From the human T2T-CHM13v2.0 reference genome, Homo sapiens: DNA of 64,000 nucleotides. Of this stretch, positions 1 to 12,129 are shown piece by piece. Below the pieces are notes generated by a model. The model made no database searches and was not told the DNA's origin. It was given only the letters and a program-made list of their open reading frames with translations. The position numbers were made by a program, and so were the translations under genes. Location: NCBI RefSeq assembly GCF_009914755.1, contig NC_060927.1, one strand, 5' to 3'. Numbering within the stretch: the stretch's first letter is position 1; each line of letters opens with the position of its first letter.

Positions 1-159
1 AGAGTTCCTCGTAAGATTTCTCCCTATTTCATACTCCCCGCTTCCACCCTCCAACCTCCCCCAAATAGGAATCTCTTTGAGAACAGGGAATCTAGATTCT
101 ACCAGAGTTCTGCACTGTGCTTTCCTGGAACAAGCATTAAGTTTTCAGCCAAACTGGAT

Positions 160-295
160 TGGATTCAAATCTGACCTCCACCCCCTTGAACACCTGTGAC
201 TAGGAAAATACCTGGTTCATAGGGTAGTAGTAAGTAGTCAATGATCAGATGTTGCATGTAAAGACCTTGCACATAGTAAAGACTTCATAGATGTT
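160..295 (+). mobile_element. MIR fragment
   Basis: ggattcaaatctgacctccac...tgcatgtaaagaccttgcacatagtaa resembles the degraded MIR body and 3' end. Confidence 0.5.
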
Positions 296-539
296 CTTTT
301 TCTTCCTCTAGTGGGTCCATAACAAATATTTGCTTGATATCAAATGTGAAACACTAGGGCCAATCTGAGATGTAGGTTAGGAGACCCCTGACACTTTGTA
401 ATTTATCTTGATAGCACTGGAGAATTACAGAGATGTACAAATGCCAGACAAAAGTATTAAGAGTCTAAAGTGGTTGCCTCCAAGAAGAGGATAGAGAGTA
501 GTGGTCAAGGAACCATTACATTTTGTTTTAGAGTTTCAA

Positions 540-655
540 ATATTCAGATTCCTGGTCTCCACCTCATACTCATGAAATCAGAATCACTTAGGATGGAGAC
601 TGGGACCTGCATTTTAAATAATCTTTTCAAAGTGTTCTTTAGTTTGAGAACTAAA
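540..655. mobile_element. MER5-family (hAT-Charlie) fragment
   Basis: cagattcctggtctccacc...aatcagaatcact...ctgcattttaa...agtttgagaac are typical MER5 motifs. Confidence 0.6.
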
Positions 656-1049
656 AAAGCAAACAAAGCAAACCATAGTGGTGAACTCTGAAGATGTTTC
701 CTGGTGAATCCAAAGACGAGTTACTCTGCTATCCCCCATTTGGTTCCTAAATATAGGACAAAAAGTTGATAAATCATAGATGGAGATGATGACTGGTGCT
801 TTCAGAGAGCCTTGACACCTGGTACCAGACCCATTTTCTACCCGTGGTCTAAATCGGCTGCGACATGTAGAAGCATTGGCTTAAGGTGAATGAACAGCTA
901 TTCTACGCTTTTGCTGTGTCAAAATGGCAATTGTGAACTGCTTGAACAGTAACTATGGCCATAGGCAATAGCACTATTGAAAGCATTCTGCACTCTGATA
1001 TCAGACTGAAGCACAGAGGTAGACATTGCAAGTGTTGACTCTGTGATTT

Positions 1050-1290
1050 AAAAGCTCCATGACCCTGGACCAGTTACTTAACAATCTCAATTCCTTGATC
1101 TGTGGAAAGGGGATTATGATAGTACCTATTTTGCCAATGAGATGCATCCTCAAACACTTGAGATCCCAGTGGCTGTTACCTACCATACCTTCATTATTTG
1201 ACTAAGAACTCTTTTTCGTGTGTTTATTTCTTTAGTATTTACATCTGTGAACCTCAGTTTTCCTATTAGTAAAATGAAGGTCAAGTATGA
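1050..1290 (+). mobile_element. MIR fragments
   Basis: tgaccctggaccagttacttaac...; cctcagttttcctattagtaaaatga (MIR core). Confidence 0.55.
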
Positions 1291-2056
1291 CATCTTATTT
1301 GAGCTGTGAGTTGACAGTGTAACACTTCTCATAAACTGCATGCATTTGAAATATGAAGTTGTAAAACTCTACGATTAAGCTTTGTATTTCTAGCACCTTG
1401 GCTATACTGTTTCTTATTCAGTTAATTGTTGCAAAAAGAAAAATAAAAACATCAGCAGGCCTATATGCCTTCGCTTTCATCTTAGCAGTGCCTGTTAACA
1501 GTGAAATAATGTGCTCATTTTCATATTCGCACTGATTACTCTAGGGGCGCAGATTTACCAGAGAGACATATCATGAAACCCAGCAAAGGGATACTGCATC
1601 TAGCAGTTCTGGTGGTGTTTTATCATTACCTTTTCACTTGAGCATAAAAACTGTTTGACAAATACTAATTGTAACCAGCAGAGCTGAATAGAATATTTTA
1701 AGAAACAACCCTAATTTTCATGAATTACATATTTGAGTTCATACTGCTGCATGTCAAGAATGAAAATCACTATTACAATGATGAAATAAAGGGCATCTGT
1801 GGATTTCATCTGGTTAATTTTTTAATGGATAACAGATTTCTGGAATTTACAGGAGACTAAACTTTTTGGTCTTTCATTGTATGCATAGGTAATATCACTG
1901 TTGCTATTTGTGATAGCCATTTTAACCAGTGATTCAGTTGTATTGTTTGCCAGTGGCACAGAAAGAATGGTCATTGTGCTCAAGTTATTTTTCCCTCTTC
2001 AATAATGCGTTAAAATGATTAATTTTGATGGTATTTCTCAGCAGCTTTATTTAAAT

Positions 2057-2376
2057 GACGGTCCTCTGTATCTGTGGGTTCCACATCTATGATTCAACCA
2101 ACTGCAGATTGAAAATATTCTGGGGAAAAAATAAAAAATAACAATAATAAAAAATGATACAAGTAAAAAATACAGTGTAGCAACTATTTTCATAGCATTT
2201 ACATTGTATTTGGTATTACAAGTAATCTAAAAATGACTTAAAGTATACAGGAAGATGTGCATAGGTTATATGGAAATATTATGTCATTTTATATCAGAGA
2301 TTTGAGCATCCATGAATTTTATTATCCATGGGAATTCCTGGAATCAGTCCTCCATGGACAGTGAGGGACGACTATG
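2057..2376 (-). mobile_element. MER2 (TcMar-Tigger MITE), near full length
   Basis: gtatctgtgggttccacatct...attcaaccaactgcagattgaaaatatt...catttacattgtatt; terminal gagggacgact matches the MER2 TIR. Confidence 0.85.
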
Positions 2377-2939
2377 TAAGGTGCCTAGAAGAAAAGGGAT
2401 TTATGACAAAAACTGTCTCCTTTGCCAACACTGAAGTGTGCTCAAGAGAAATTCTCACTGCATCCTGGAGAGAATTCACAGGAAGCAAGTTTAGAGCAGT
2501 GGTGACAGCTCAAAGTTAAGATAAGAAAGGAGGAAGAGTAAGGAACATCATTAACTTAGGGAAGGCCCAGCTGGAGACAAGGTCAGTGGAAGAGACTAAA
2601 AACAGAGAACAAGATGAAATGGTGGAAACAAGGGTGATGACATTCTTTTGGCAGGAAGTTTGGAGCTGGATGAAGAAGATGGTAAAAGCTGAGGAAAGAA
2701 CATTTACACAAAGGACTGTGGAGGTTCTTGAACCGAAAGAGAAAAGTAGCATTAGATTGACTGTGGAAAAGAAGTTAGAAACAAAACCTAAATTCTTATT
2801 GCAATTGGAACCTGCGGAGTTCAGCACCTTCAATATTATTAAGATAGCTTCTTTTAAACAGTAAAGTAAAAATTAAAGGAACATTCTTTTACAAATGTCC
2901 TGCCTCATTATAAAGTGAGCAGCCACAGCAGTGGTTCTT

Positions 2940-3249
2940 TTTCTTCTTCTCTTTTTTATTTTTTGAGATTGAGTCTTGCTCTGTCACCCAGGCTGGAGTG
3001 CAGTGGCATGATCATAGCTCACTGCAGCTTTGAATTCTTGGGCTCATGCAATCCTCCCACCTCAGCTTCCAGAGTAGCTGGGACTATATATATGTGCCAC
3101 CACACCCGGCTAATTAAAAAATATATATTTTTATACAGATGGGCTCACTATGTTGCCCAGGCTGGTCTTAAACTCCTGGACTCAAGCTATTCTCCCTCCT
3201 CAGCCTCCCAAAGCTATGGGATTACAGGCAAGAGCCACTGTGCCCAGCC
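2940..3249 (-). mobile_element. AluJ, full length
   Basis: T-rich tail, then gagtcttgctctgtcacccaggctggagtgcagtggcatgatcatagctcactgcagc...gagccactgtgcccagcc; J-type diagnostics; diverged TSD around tggttctt. Confidence 0.95.
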
Positions 3250-3254
3250 ACAGG

Positions 3255-3365
3255 CCATGGTTCTTAGCTTAGGTGTGTAACAGAATTCCTTTGGGCCATC
3301 CTCTCCAGAAGTTCTGATTCAGTAGGTCTGTCTTGGGGCTTGAGGATCTGCATTCTTATAAATAA
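3255..3365. mobile_element. MER5A fragment (target of the preceding Alu)
   Basis: ttctgattcagtaggtctg...ggggcttgaggatctgcattctt. Confidence 0.6.
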
Positions 3366-3430
3366 TGCCCCTACTCCACTGTCTTTGTTGTAGGTGGTTC
3401 ATGCTTCATGGTTGGAGAAACACCAACATC

Positions 3431-3657
3431 AGCCGGGCGCGGTGGCTCAAGCCTGTAATCCCAGCACTTTGGGAGGCCGTCACTGGCAGATCACTTGAGG
3501 TCAGGAGTTCAAGACCTGCCTGGCCAACATGGTGAAATCCCGTCTCTACTGAAAATACAAAAATTAGCCAGGCATGGTGGCAGGCACCTGTAATCCCAGC
3601 TACTTGGGAGGCAGGGGCAGGAGAATCACTTGAATCCAGGAGGCAGAGGTTGCAGTG
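3431..3657 (+). mobile_element. AluS, 3'-truncated with no poly-A tail
   Basis: gccgggcgcggtggctcaagcctgtaatcccagcactttggg...gaggttgcagtg, then non-Alu sequence. Confidence 0.93.
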
Positions 3658-3899
3658 CATCAAAGGTAGCACTTTGGCATAGCTAGAGGGAATATCAGCA
3701 GCTATCCCATTCCCACCTTTCACATTTTCTCTTCCCTTTCTTCCCCTACTTCTACCATCCTCTTCAAACTTTCCCCAGCCCCTCTAAAACCTAATTTACT
3801 ACATGCCAGCAAGAAGTATGGACTGAGGCTCCAAAAGATGCCTCTATGCTCTTCCCTCTATCTGAAACACCCTTCCCTGTTGTTCACCAGCATGAGTTT

Positions 3900-4143
3900 C
3901 TCTCATCCTTTGAGTTTCAGTCACCCCCTTCAGGAAGCTTCCCTGAAGCGGGAGCTAGGGGTATCTCAGTGGTTATTAGAGGTTTGTTACTGCATTTGCT
4001 ACTTGTCTGCTTCATCCTTCAGGATTTTAAAATCTGCAATGACAGGGACCGTGTTCTTGCAGTGTTATTATTCTGCCCACAGTACAGTGCCTGGAAGACA
4101 GGAGGTGCCCAACTGCTATTGACTGGATGGGTAAATAAATAAA
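3900..4143 (+). mobile_element. L2 3' end
   Basis: cagtgcctggaagacaggaggtgccca...ggatgggtaaataaataaa resembles the L2 terminus. Confidence 0.5.
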
Positions 4144-4359
4144 GATGAAGCTGGTGCAAAAATCTCCCTAATAAGAAGATGCAAAGATTCATGAGTGTCT
4201 GGAAATCTGCCAGTAGTCCCCAGTGAGAAAGGAAGTGGAGGCCCATGAAGGGAAATAACCTGCCCTGTGTGATGCACTACACTAGTGGTTTTTATGTACA
4301 GTTCCTCAGAGTCCTTGGACACCATAGAACTCCATCTCACTCTCTCCTTCTCCCTGCTT

Positions 4360-4500
4360 TTATTGAACACTTAGGTGCTTTCTAAATGCTTTACAGAAAT
4401 TATCTTAATCCTCACTACCGACTTATTTTGCAGACGTACAAACTGAGTCTTAAAGCAGAGAGTAAGTGGCCTGATGTAAAGAATAGGAGAAGGCCAATTC
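4360..4500 (-). mobile_element. MIR
   Basis: tattgaacactta...atcttaatcctcac...attttgcagacgtacaaactgagtct. Confidence 0.6.
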
Positions 4501-4525
4501 CAACCAATCTGGAATTGATTCTAGG

Positions 4526-4733
4526 CCAGAATTGTCCAATAGAACTTCCTGCAATGAGGAAAATGTTCTATATCTGTGCTGTACATTATCATGCTATGTG
4601 GCTATTGAACATTTGAAGTATGGCTGGTGCAACTGAAGAAATCAATTTTTAATTTCATTTGATTTTATTTAATTTATACTTAAGTTTGAATAGCCACACA
4701 TGGCTAGTGGCTATCATACTGGTCAACATGGGC
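4526..4733 (+). mobile_element. MER3 (hAT-Charlie)
   Basis: tgtccaatagaacttcctgcaatgaggaaaatgttctatatctgtgctg...tagccacacatggctagtggcta. Confidence 0.85.
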
Positions 4734-4774
4734 TATCTAATTCTGATGTACAGTCTCTGCATCATCATTCCATT

Positions 4775-5270
4775 TTCTAAAGTGGGTTTCTCCCACAGCA
4801 GTTGTTAAAACAAGGATTTGGATACAAAGAGATTATTTAAGAGGTGATCCTAGACAGCAGGAGAGGGATTGAGGAGGTGAGATGGAGAAGGTGAATACTA
4901 GTAAAAGACTACATTGATATGCTGTAGGCACTTGAGGTTTCTGTTTGTTTGTTTGTTTGTTTTTTTGGAAACCTTCGAGAGACTTATGGAAAACACTGTA
5001 TAATTGTTTCATTGAGGAGCACGGAACTGATCATGTTTATTCACCAACTCTCATGCCTTTTTGGTTGAAGGATGCTCCTAGGGGCATTCACACCTGCTCT
5101 GAACTCCTTCTTCATCTCCAGCCTGCCTCCCTTATGGGCCATTTCATGCCACTGTACCTAGATAAAGCCTTAGGGCCAAGAGATTCAGGTGCTTGAGGCT
5201 GGGTCTATCCTTCTGAGCTGCAAATAACTTCCAGGGTGGATCAAGGGAATGTGGGGTCAGGATAGATTAT
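4775..5270 (-). mobile_element. Old ERVL-class solo LTR (LTR33/LTR16-like)
   Basis: gggtttctcccacagcag...acaaggatttggatacaaagagattatttaagaggtgatcc is the reverse complement of a typical ERVL LTR 3' end. Confidence 0.55.
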
Positions 5271-5479
5271 ATTGCCTCTCATTTACAACCAACCATATTA
5301 GCTCATATTAGTGTTTTATCTGGAATAGGAGGAGAAGCATTTGAGACTGTTAGAAAAAAGGTTCTGCTATTTAAAAAAAAAGTTTTGAAACTGTAGCTCT
5401 AAACTACATTCCTACCTGTTTTCCTGACCACCTCAATTACTAACTTGTATCGTGTTCCATATTATTTCTAGCACAGCAT

Positions 5480-6200
5480 GGATTCTCTAACATTCTTGCA
5501 GTCTGGGCCCTGCAAGGTAGCTGTAAAAATGCTGCCCTGGGACTTTCTCAGTGGAGACATAAGAAGACTCAAGCATTCCAGAAAGTGTTTGTTTGGTTGG
5601 CTTTTATTGATGTATATAAAAAGATTAGAGACAGCAAGAGAAGAAAATCAGAGAGAACCTATACTTGGTTAAAAAAAAAAAAAAGATTTTACAGCAGAAG
5701 TAGATAGAAGTGGTGCAAATGATGATTTCTCCTCTTCTGATATCAAGCTTTGTTAAGTTCCTGGAAAAGCAAACGTGATTATGGCAGGAGTAAATTGACT
5801 GAAAGCCAAGTCAAAGAGGCAGATCAGCTTCTGAAGGAGGTCTGCTCACTTCAGCAAAGAAAGCAGGGCAAAGAATCCTAGGCTTTTGAGCTAGTTAGGC
5901 CCCCAGTTCCTACAACCATGGGCTGAAATAATGTGGAGAACTCTTGATATTGTAGGCAAAATGAATGTTAGCAGAGTTCCATCAGAGATAATGGCTGGCC
6001 ATGAGCTAAAGAGAGTTTAGCCACCACAAAGAAGAACCTGCCTGTAGAGATATCTCTAAGCTAAAAACCTCTGCAAGTTTCCTTTCGAAATTCTACCTTA
6101 AAAATTTGAAATAACCTCAGATCAAAGTTAACGCAAGAGTTTCCAGAAGAGTGAAGTTCATAATGCCACAAGGAAAAAAACTAGAGGATGACTAAAGTAA
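5480..6200 (+). mobile_element. Possible MaLR internal (MLT1-int-like) relic
   Basis: gttggcttttattgatgtatataaaaagattagagacagcaagagaagaaaatcagagagaacc resembles the MaLR-internal gag-like segment; heavily decayed. Confidence 0.35.
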
Positions 6201-6269
6201 AATTTCATTTTAAAATTTTTATTCATCTAGCTGAGGTTGGAAAGAGTAAAATTTTTACATGAAAATATT

Positions 6270-6600
6270 AAGTATCTAGAAACTCTTATAAAAAGAAAAA
6301 TTAAAAAGCACAATGATAGACAAAAAGGATGAGAATAAACAATTCAGAAAAAAAAATAGAACTGATCCATAAAAAGAAAAAAATGGCCAACTTCACTTAT
6401 TGCATTGAAGAAACACAAAATAAAATATAATACTGCCTATTAAAGTTGTACATTTTTAAATAAATTAATTAAAATGCCCAATGTGGGTACAATTGTGGAG
6501 GCAGTGAGCACTCTTCTACTTGTTGGTAGAAGTGGAAATTAAATTGTTACATCCTTCTAAAATAATTTGGCAATCTATTAATATATTCAGATCCTAGAAT
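6270..6600 (+). mobile_element. L1ME-type ORF2 3' fragment
   Basis: A-rich; aacaattcagaaaa...caacttcact...gcactcttctacttgttggtagaagtggaaatt...aatttggcaat. Confidence 0.6.
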
Positions 6601-6699
6601 AGTTTAAAGCCTCCAGTCCAATAATTTATTATATCTATATATTGTCTGTTCATATATTTTCTATTTATATATATATCTATAATCTGTATCTACATATAT

Positions 6700-6883
6700 A
6701 TCTAGCCTACTGCCTATCTTTGTAAATAAAGTTTTATTGGAACTCAGCCATACTCATTAGTGCATGGTATTGTCTATGGCTGCTTTCCACCTGCAATGGT
6801 AGCATTCAGTAGTCGCCCTGGAGACCATACAACTAAAAACATGTAATATGCAGCCCTTTGCAGAAAAAGTTTGCTAACCCCTG
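6700..6883 (-). mobile_element. MER58A
   Basis: tttgtaaataaagttttattggaactcagcca...gtctatggctgcttt...ccctttgcagaaaaagtttgctaacccctg. Confidence 0.85.
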
Positions 6884-6904
6884 CACCAGAATATAAACTC
6901 TTTG

Positions 6905-7014
6905 ACATGTAAGCTCAATGAGTGCAAATAATTTGTCTGCTTTGTTTGCTATTGCATTCCCAGTGGCTAGAACAGTGCCTGGCACACAGTAGATGCTCAA
7001 TAAATATTAGTGAA
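6905..7014 (+). mobile_element. L2 3' end
   Basis: ctagaacagtgcctggcacacagtagatgctcaataaatatt. Confidence 0.8.
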
Positions 7015-7306
7015 GTCATCAGTTGCTCCTATTAAAGTATATTCATATTGTTTTTACATTTAGTGGGTTTTTGGTTTTACAAATAATGTTGCAGTGAACA
7101 CAGATCTTTGCTTACTTTTGCAATTATATCAGACACAATATTTTAAAAAAAATAGTTAACAACTTTAACAACCTGGAAAAATACTGTTGATATATCAAAT
7201 TTTTAAAATAGACTAAAATTTTATAGATGACTCTAAATTTTGTTTTTAAAAGTGTGTGTGCATGTGTGTGCGTGTTTGTGTTAACTATAAATAATTTGAA
7301 GGCTAG

Positions 7307-7693
<387 letters not shown>

Positions 7694-8431
7694 TGAACAC
7701 AAATTGATAGGAAAAAAATAAAATCTATTTTTCTAAAAAAATTAAAAGATCCTTTTCCTTTTGTTACTTCCATGTCCTTTTTTTTTTTTTTAACTGTAAT
7801 ACTTTCTGTTGCTACAAGTAAAATCCAAATTCTTCCACCTAATGCTTCATTCTATAGAGCCTCTGGTTTAAATATATGTTTCTGACTGTCTCTGCAATGG
7901 CTCTCCTGCACTGATGGTTTATTTACCCAGACTGTGATAGTCTTTGTCCTCAGAAAAGGCCATATACATTCTAGTTTGGCACAGGTATTCACAGCTTTTG
8001 AACTGTCCAGAATGCCGCCCTTTCCACCACCTTCCTGAGCTCACTGCTGCAGTGCTTAGCTCTTTCCAGTAGCCTTCCTCAGTCCTTCTCACAGTCAAAT
8101 CCTCCGTCTCTAACCTCCTGCAGCATCTAAACCCAGTTGCCTTCAGGAGACAAAGCAAGGAAACCTAAATGAATAAAGTAAGCCAAACAAGGGAATAAGG
8201 AGTCCTGGGAGCCTTGATAACATGTATGTGCCCTATCTAAAGGCAGTCAAATAAAATAAAAACATTTTTTTTAAGAAGAAGATGAAACAAAGGCAAGGAT
8301 GTTGATAAAATTTGCCCTGTAGACCATGACCTTATACTGCCTGATCTTATAACCTACTTGAAACTTTGCTTTAAAGCCTGTGGAATTCAGGAATGCAGAG
8401 AGAGCTAGGGGAAAGTAAGAGTTAACTAAAG

Positions 8432-8907
8432 TTCATCACAGCACTGTTCACAATAGCAAAGACATGGAATTAACCTAGGTGTCCATCAGTGGTGGATTGG
8501 ATAAAGAAAATGTGGTACAGGTACACCATGGAATACTATGCAGCCATAAAAAAGTATCATTTCCTTTGCAGCAACATGAATACAGCTGGAGACCATTATC
8601 CTAAGCAAATTAACACAGGAAAGCCAAATAGCACACGTTCTCACTTGTAAGTTGGAGTTAAGTATTGGGTACACGTGTACATAAAGATGGAAACAAGAGA
8701 CACTGGGGACTACTAAAGGGGGAGAGAGGAAAAGGGACAAGGACTGAAAAACTGCCTATTGGGTACTATGCCCACTACCTAGTTGATGGGATCCTTCATA
8801 CCCCAAACCTCAGCATTACACAATATAACCATGGAACAGACACCCCTGAATGCACATGCACCCCCTGAATCTAAGACAAGTTCAAGTTATTAAAAAAAAA
8901 AAAAAAA
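8432..8907 (+). mobile_element. L1PB-type 3' end with poly-A
   Basis: gcactgttcacaatagcaaagacatggaat...gggtactatgcccactacct...ccccaaacctcagcattacacaatata, followed by an A-tail. Confidence 0.9.
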
Positions 8908-9116
8908 GATGAAGATGGGGATAGGTTGAGAATGAGGAAAGAACAAGAGGTTTTGGGATTAAAAAGAAAGGTGAGGCTAAGGCTTTAGAATGGAGTAAGG
9001 ATGTCTGTGGTAGAAGATATACAGTAATTTTTAGAATGAAATTCTGGTGTTTTATTTTTTAAGCTACAATAAAATATCTCTAGTATTAATATGGGTTAAT
9101 AAAAACAGCCCAATGA

Positions 9117-9433
<317 letters not shown>

Positions 9434-9514
9434 TCTTGCTTTATCTTCTATACCTGCCCCAAACTTCTACTTGTTGTAACAAAAACAACAAATGGCTAAG
9501 CTGTGTTGGATCTG

Positions 9515-9715
9515 TGTTATGTGCAGGCACTGTGCTAAGCAGTTTTCCTGGAAGTGTCTACCTCATTTCGTTCTCTGAATAGCTCTAAGAGGTAAGTGCT
9601 ATTGCACTGTTACAAAATTAGAAGGAAAACGTACAGAGAAGCAAAGTAGTTTACCTTAGATGGCATGGCTAGGAGGTTTCAGGATTGACATTTTACCTTA
9701 GACTCCAGTCTAGAG
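9515..9715 (-). mobile_element. MIR
   Basis: atgtgcaggcactgtgctaagc...ctctaagaggtaagtgctatt...cagagaagcaaagtagtttacc. Confidence 0.6.
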
Positions 9716-9799
9716 TAGTTCCTTTTGTTTCTCTGAGGTGCAGCTCTGAGGTAAAAGAAAGGGAAGATTTGGTAGCAAGGGTGTAAATGAGGATTTCAT

Positions 9800-10391
9800 T
9801 CCCTCTGCACTATTGTCCTTTTGGGCTGGACCATTCTTTGTTGTGGGGGGCTGTCGTATGCATAATGGGATATTTAGCAGCATCCCTGGCCTCTACTATT
9901 ATATGCAGTAGCAAATGCCCCCTCCTTTACACTTGTGACAATCAAAAATCTTTCTAGATACTGTATCTTTCTAAATGTTGTAATGCCAAATATCCCCTAG
10001 AAGCATGATATGGTTTTGGTGTGTCCCCACCCAAATCTCACCTTGAATTGTAGCTCCCATATCCCCACTTGTTGTGGGTAGTTACTGAATTATAGGGGTG
10101 GGTTTTTCCCATGCCATTCTCATGATAGTGAGTAAGTCTCACAAGATCTGATGGCTTTATAAAGAGCAGTTCCCCTGCACATACTCTCTTGCCTGCTGCC
10201 ATGTAAGATGTGCCTTTTGCCTTCTGCCATGATTGTGAGGCCTCCCCAGCCATGTGGAACTGTGAGACCATTCAACCTCTTTTTCTTTATAAATTACCCA
10301 GTCTTGGGTATTTCTTCATAGCAGTATGAAAAGGGACTAATACATGGGGGTGGGGAGGAAGAGTAAAATCTCCCCTGGTTGAGAACCACTA
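9800..10391 (-). mobile_element. MER20, split by a THE1 LTR
   Basis: ttgggctggaccattctttgttgtggggggctgtc...agcagcatccctggcctctac...gccaaatatcccct, resuming after the LTR as aaaatctcccctggttgagaaccact. Confidence 0.85.
10006..10344 (+). mobile_element. THE1B/C solo LTR (MaLR)
   Basis: tgatatggttttggtgtgtccccacccaaatctcaccttgaattg...aaattacccagtc...gactaataca; TG...CA ends. Confidence 0.9.
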
Positions 10392-11169
10392 TTATAAATA
10401 TTTGTTCTTAGAGCAGAAATACCGTAACACTTAATATTGCCAATCTCACCTTTTTGACCTTTAATAATCCTAGATATATCTCCTCCCTCCACTAAAAAAC
10501 CACTAAAAACAACAAAGATTATTGCATGAAATGTTTTATTTTCATATATCTCATCTTTTAGAGTGGATTAATTTTTTAAAATTATAACAAGAGGGAGGCA
10601 AAAAGTTTTAACTCATGAAGCAATCATTAAATGAATTAAAATAGTAATTCTCATGTCATTAGTTTGATTTTAGCCAAGCCAATGAAGCACTATTCTAATA
10701 TTCTGCACAAAATAGCAAATTTCAATTTGAAAATTCTCCAAGCCATTAATGGTCCTGCTATCCATCTGATTTAGTAAGGGTTCAGAGCATTTGTGAGCTA
10801 AACTTTCTCAGGAAGTCATTTTTATACTATCAGCATTAGCCTGTGCCATTAAGATCAGCTTTTCCTTGATACAATGAGTTTTTATGTTATTGTCTGTGTC
10901 TTGTGGAAAAGTATAATTTTTAATGAAAGAAACCTAAGATTCTTTCATTAGGCTCCAAATTAGGCTCCAAATTCCCCCACTGTGATTTCATCTCATCAGT
11001 CTGTGCAAGGGGAGAGTTTGGTATTCCAAAGAAAATCAATTCAAACTACTAAAAACAATTGAAAAGTGTGAAAAATATTTTTTAAATATTTGAGTATGAC
11101 TCAAAATACATGCTTTATTTATTGGTCAGCGTGAACAACCCCAGAAGGAAAAAGAGTGCTGTTGTTAAA

Positions 11170-12030
11170 GGTATCTGGCATCATGGACCCAACCATCACC
11201 AGGAGTTTCTCACTTCATCTCTGGTGAGTTTCTCTGTTTAGCATTCCTTTCAAAGTAGGTTTTTTCTCAAGGTGGGGAACCTAGGAGCTCCAGTGTCACA
11301 TCCATACTTCATTATGACCAAAGAGGAAAGATAGCCCTAGCTCAAGTCTCAAAATATCTAAAAGACCCTCATGAGGTCAGCCGGAGTCCCAGGTGTATTC
11401 CTGGAAATCTCAGTGGCCAAAGAGGTGGCTGCCATGCCGTTTCAAGTCAGATTCAGGTACAAGAGGTTTTATTAAGGAAATTTTCTTAGTAGAAAATGGT
11501 AAGGGTATATGAAGGCAGGATAAAGAAGAGAAAATTCCTGGTCAAAGCTGCAATTTCAGATGAAGTGCCAGCCTTGGGCCACAGAGAGCTTAGAGCATAA
11601 ATTACATGTCAGAATTTGTCCCCTTCCACAGCAAGGGAGCTGGGCAAAAGCAACATTGTGCCAGTCATTGGTTACAGCTTGCCTTGGTCAGTGGGATGTA
11701 AACCCTGGCTCTCTATATGCATGGCAGCCCTGTTAGCTCCAAGGTAATCCTCTGAAGAAGGTTGCAGATACAAACTTTGCAGCAAAAGGAAGAAGTAGTT
11801 GGGGGCTGGGCACACAGCATTTGGTAGAGGGGATCTGAAAGGGCTGCATGGTGTTCCCTGCACACACCTATTCCTAAGTGTCCAAAATGTTGGGTCTCTA
11901 TGATTGGCAACCCCAATAAGCACCATGCTTTTGAGCCAGGGAGGAGAGATTTACCAAAAGAGGGACTATCCTGTTGCTCTTTTGAAGAAGAAAGAAGTGA
12001 TGGGCAGACAAAATCTGTATAGCTTCAGCT
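11170..12030 (-). mobile_element. Old MLT1 (J/K-like) LTR, apparently interrupted by an ERVL-type LTR at about 11440-11870
   Basis: MLT1-like pieces (...gagctccagtgtcacatcc..., tgattggc...gatgggcagacaaaa) flank an ERVL-like block (aagaggttttattaaggaa...ccagtcattggttacag...ggggatctga). Confidence 0.45.
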
Positions 12031-12129
12031 GATTTGGACTTACCAAAGTTGACCCCAAGCAAGTTGCATTAAGGTCCGATAAACACACACTTAGAAAAGG
12101 ACAGTTGCATTTACTGCGCACCTAATACT

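Noticed and set aside
747-756. Perfect MEF2-type site CTAAATATAG
   Set aside because: It is a single short motif expected by chance in AT-rich DNA, with no supporting cluster.
1536-1552. CTCF-like ctctaggggcgc
   Set aside because: It is one base short in the G-run and lacks the 5' CC of the core consensus.
2586-2864. 92-aa E/K-rich ORF
   Set aside because: It starts at GTG, the purine-rich composition explains the E/K bias and lack of stops, and it has no recognisable domain or clear splice sites.
2915-3280. Alu-derived ORFs (also 3406, 7310, 14240, 46424, 50812, 54819, 61288 and others)
   Set aside because: Peptides such as [15 protein letters not shown] and [12 protein letters not shown] are standard antisense-Alu translations.
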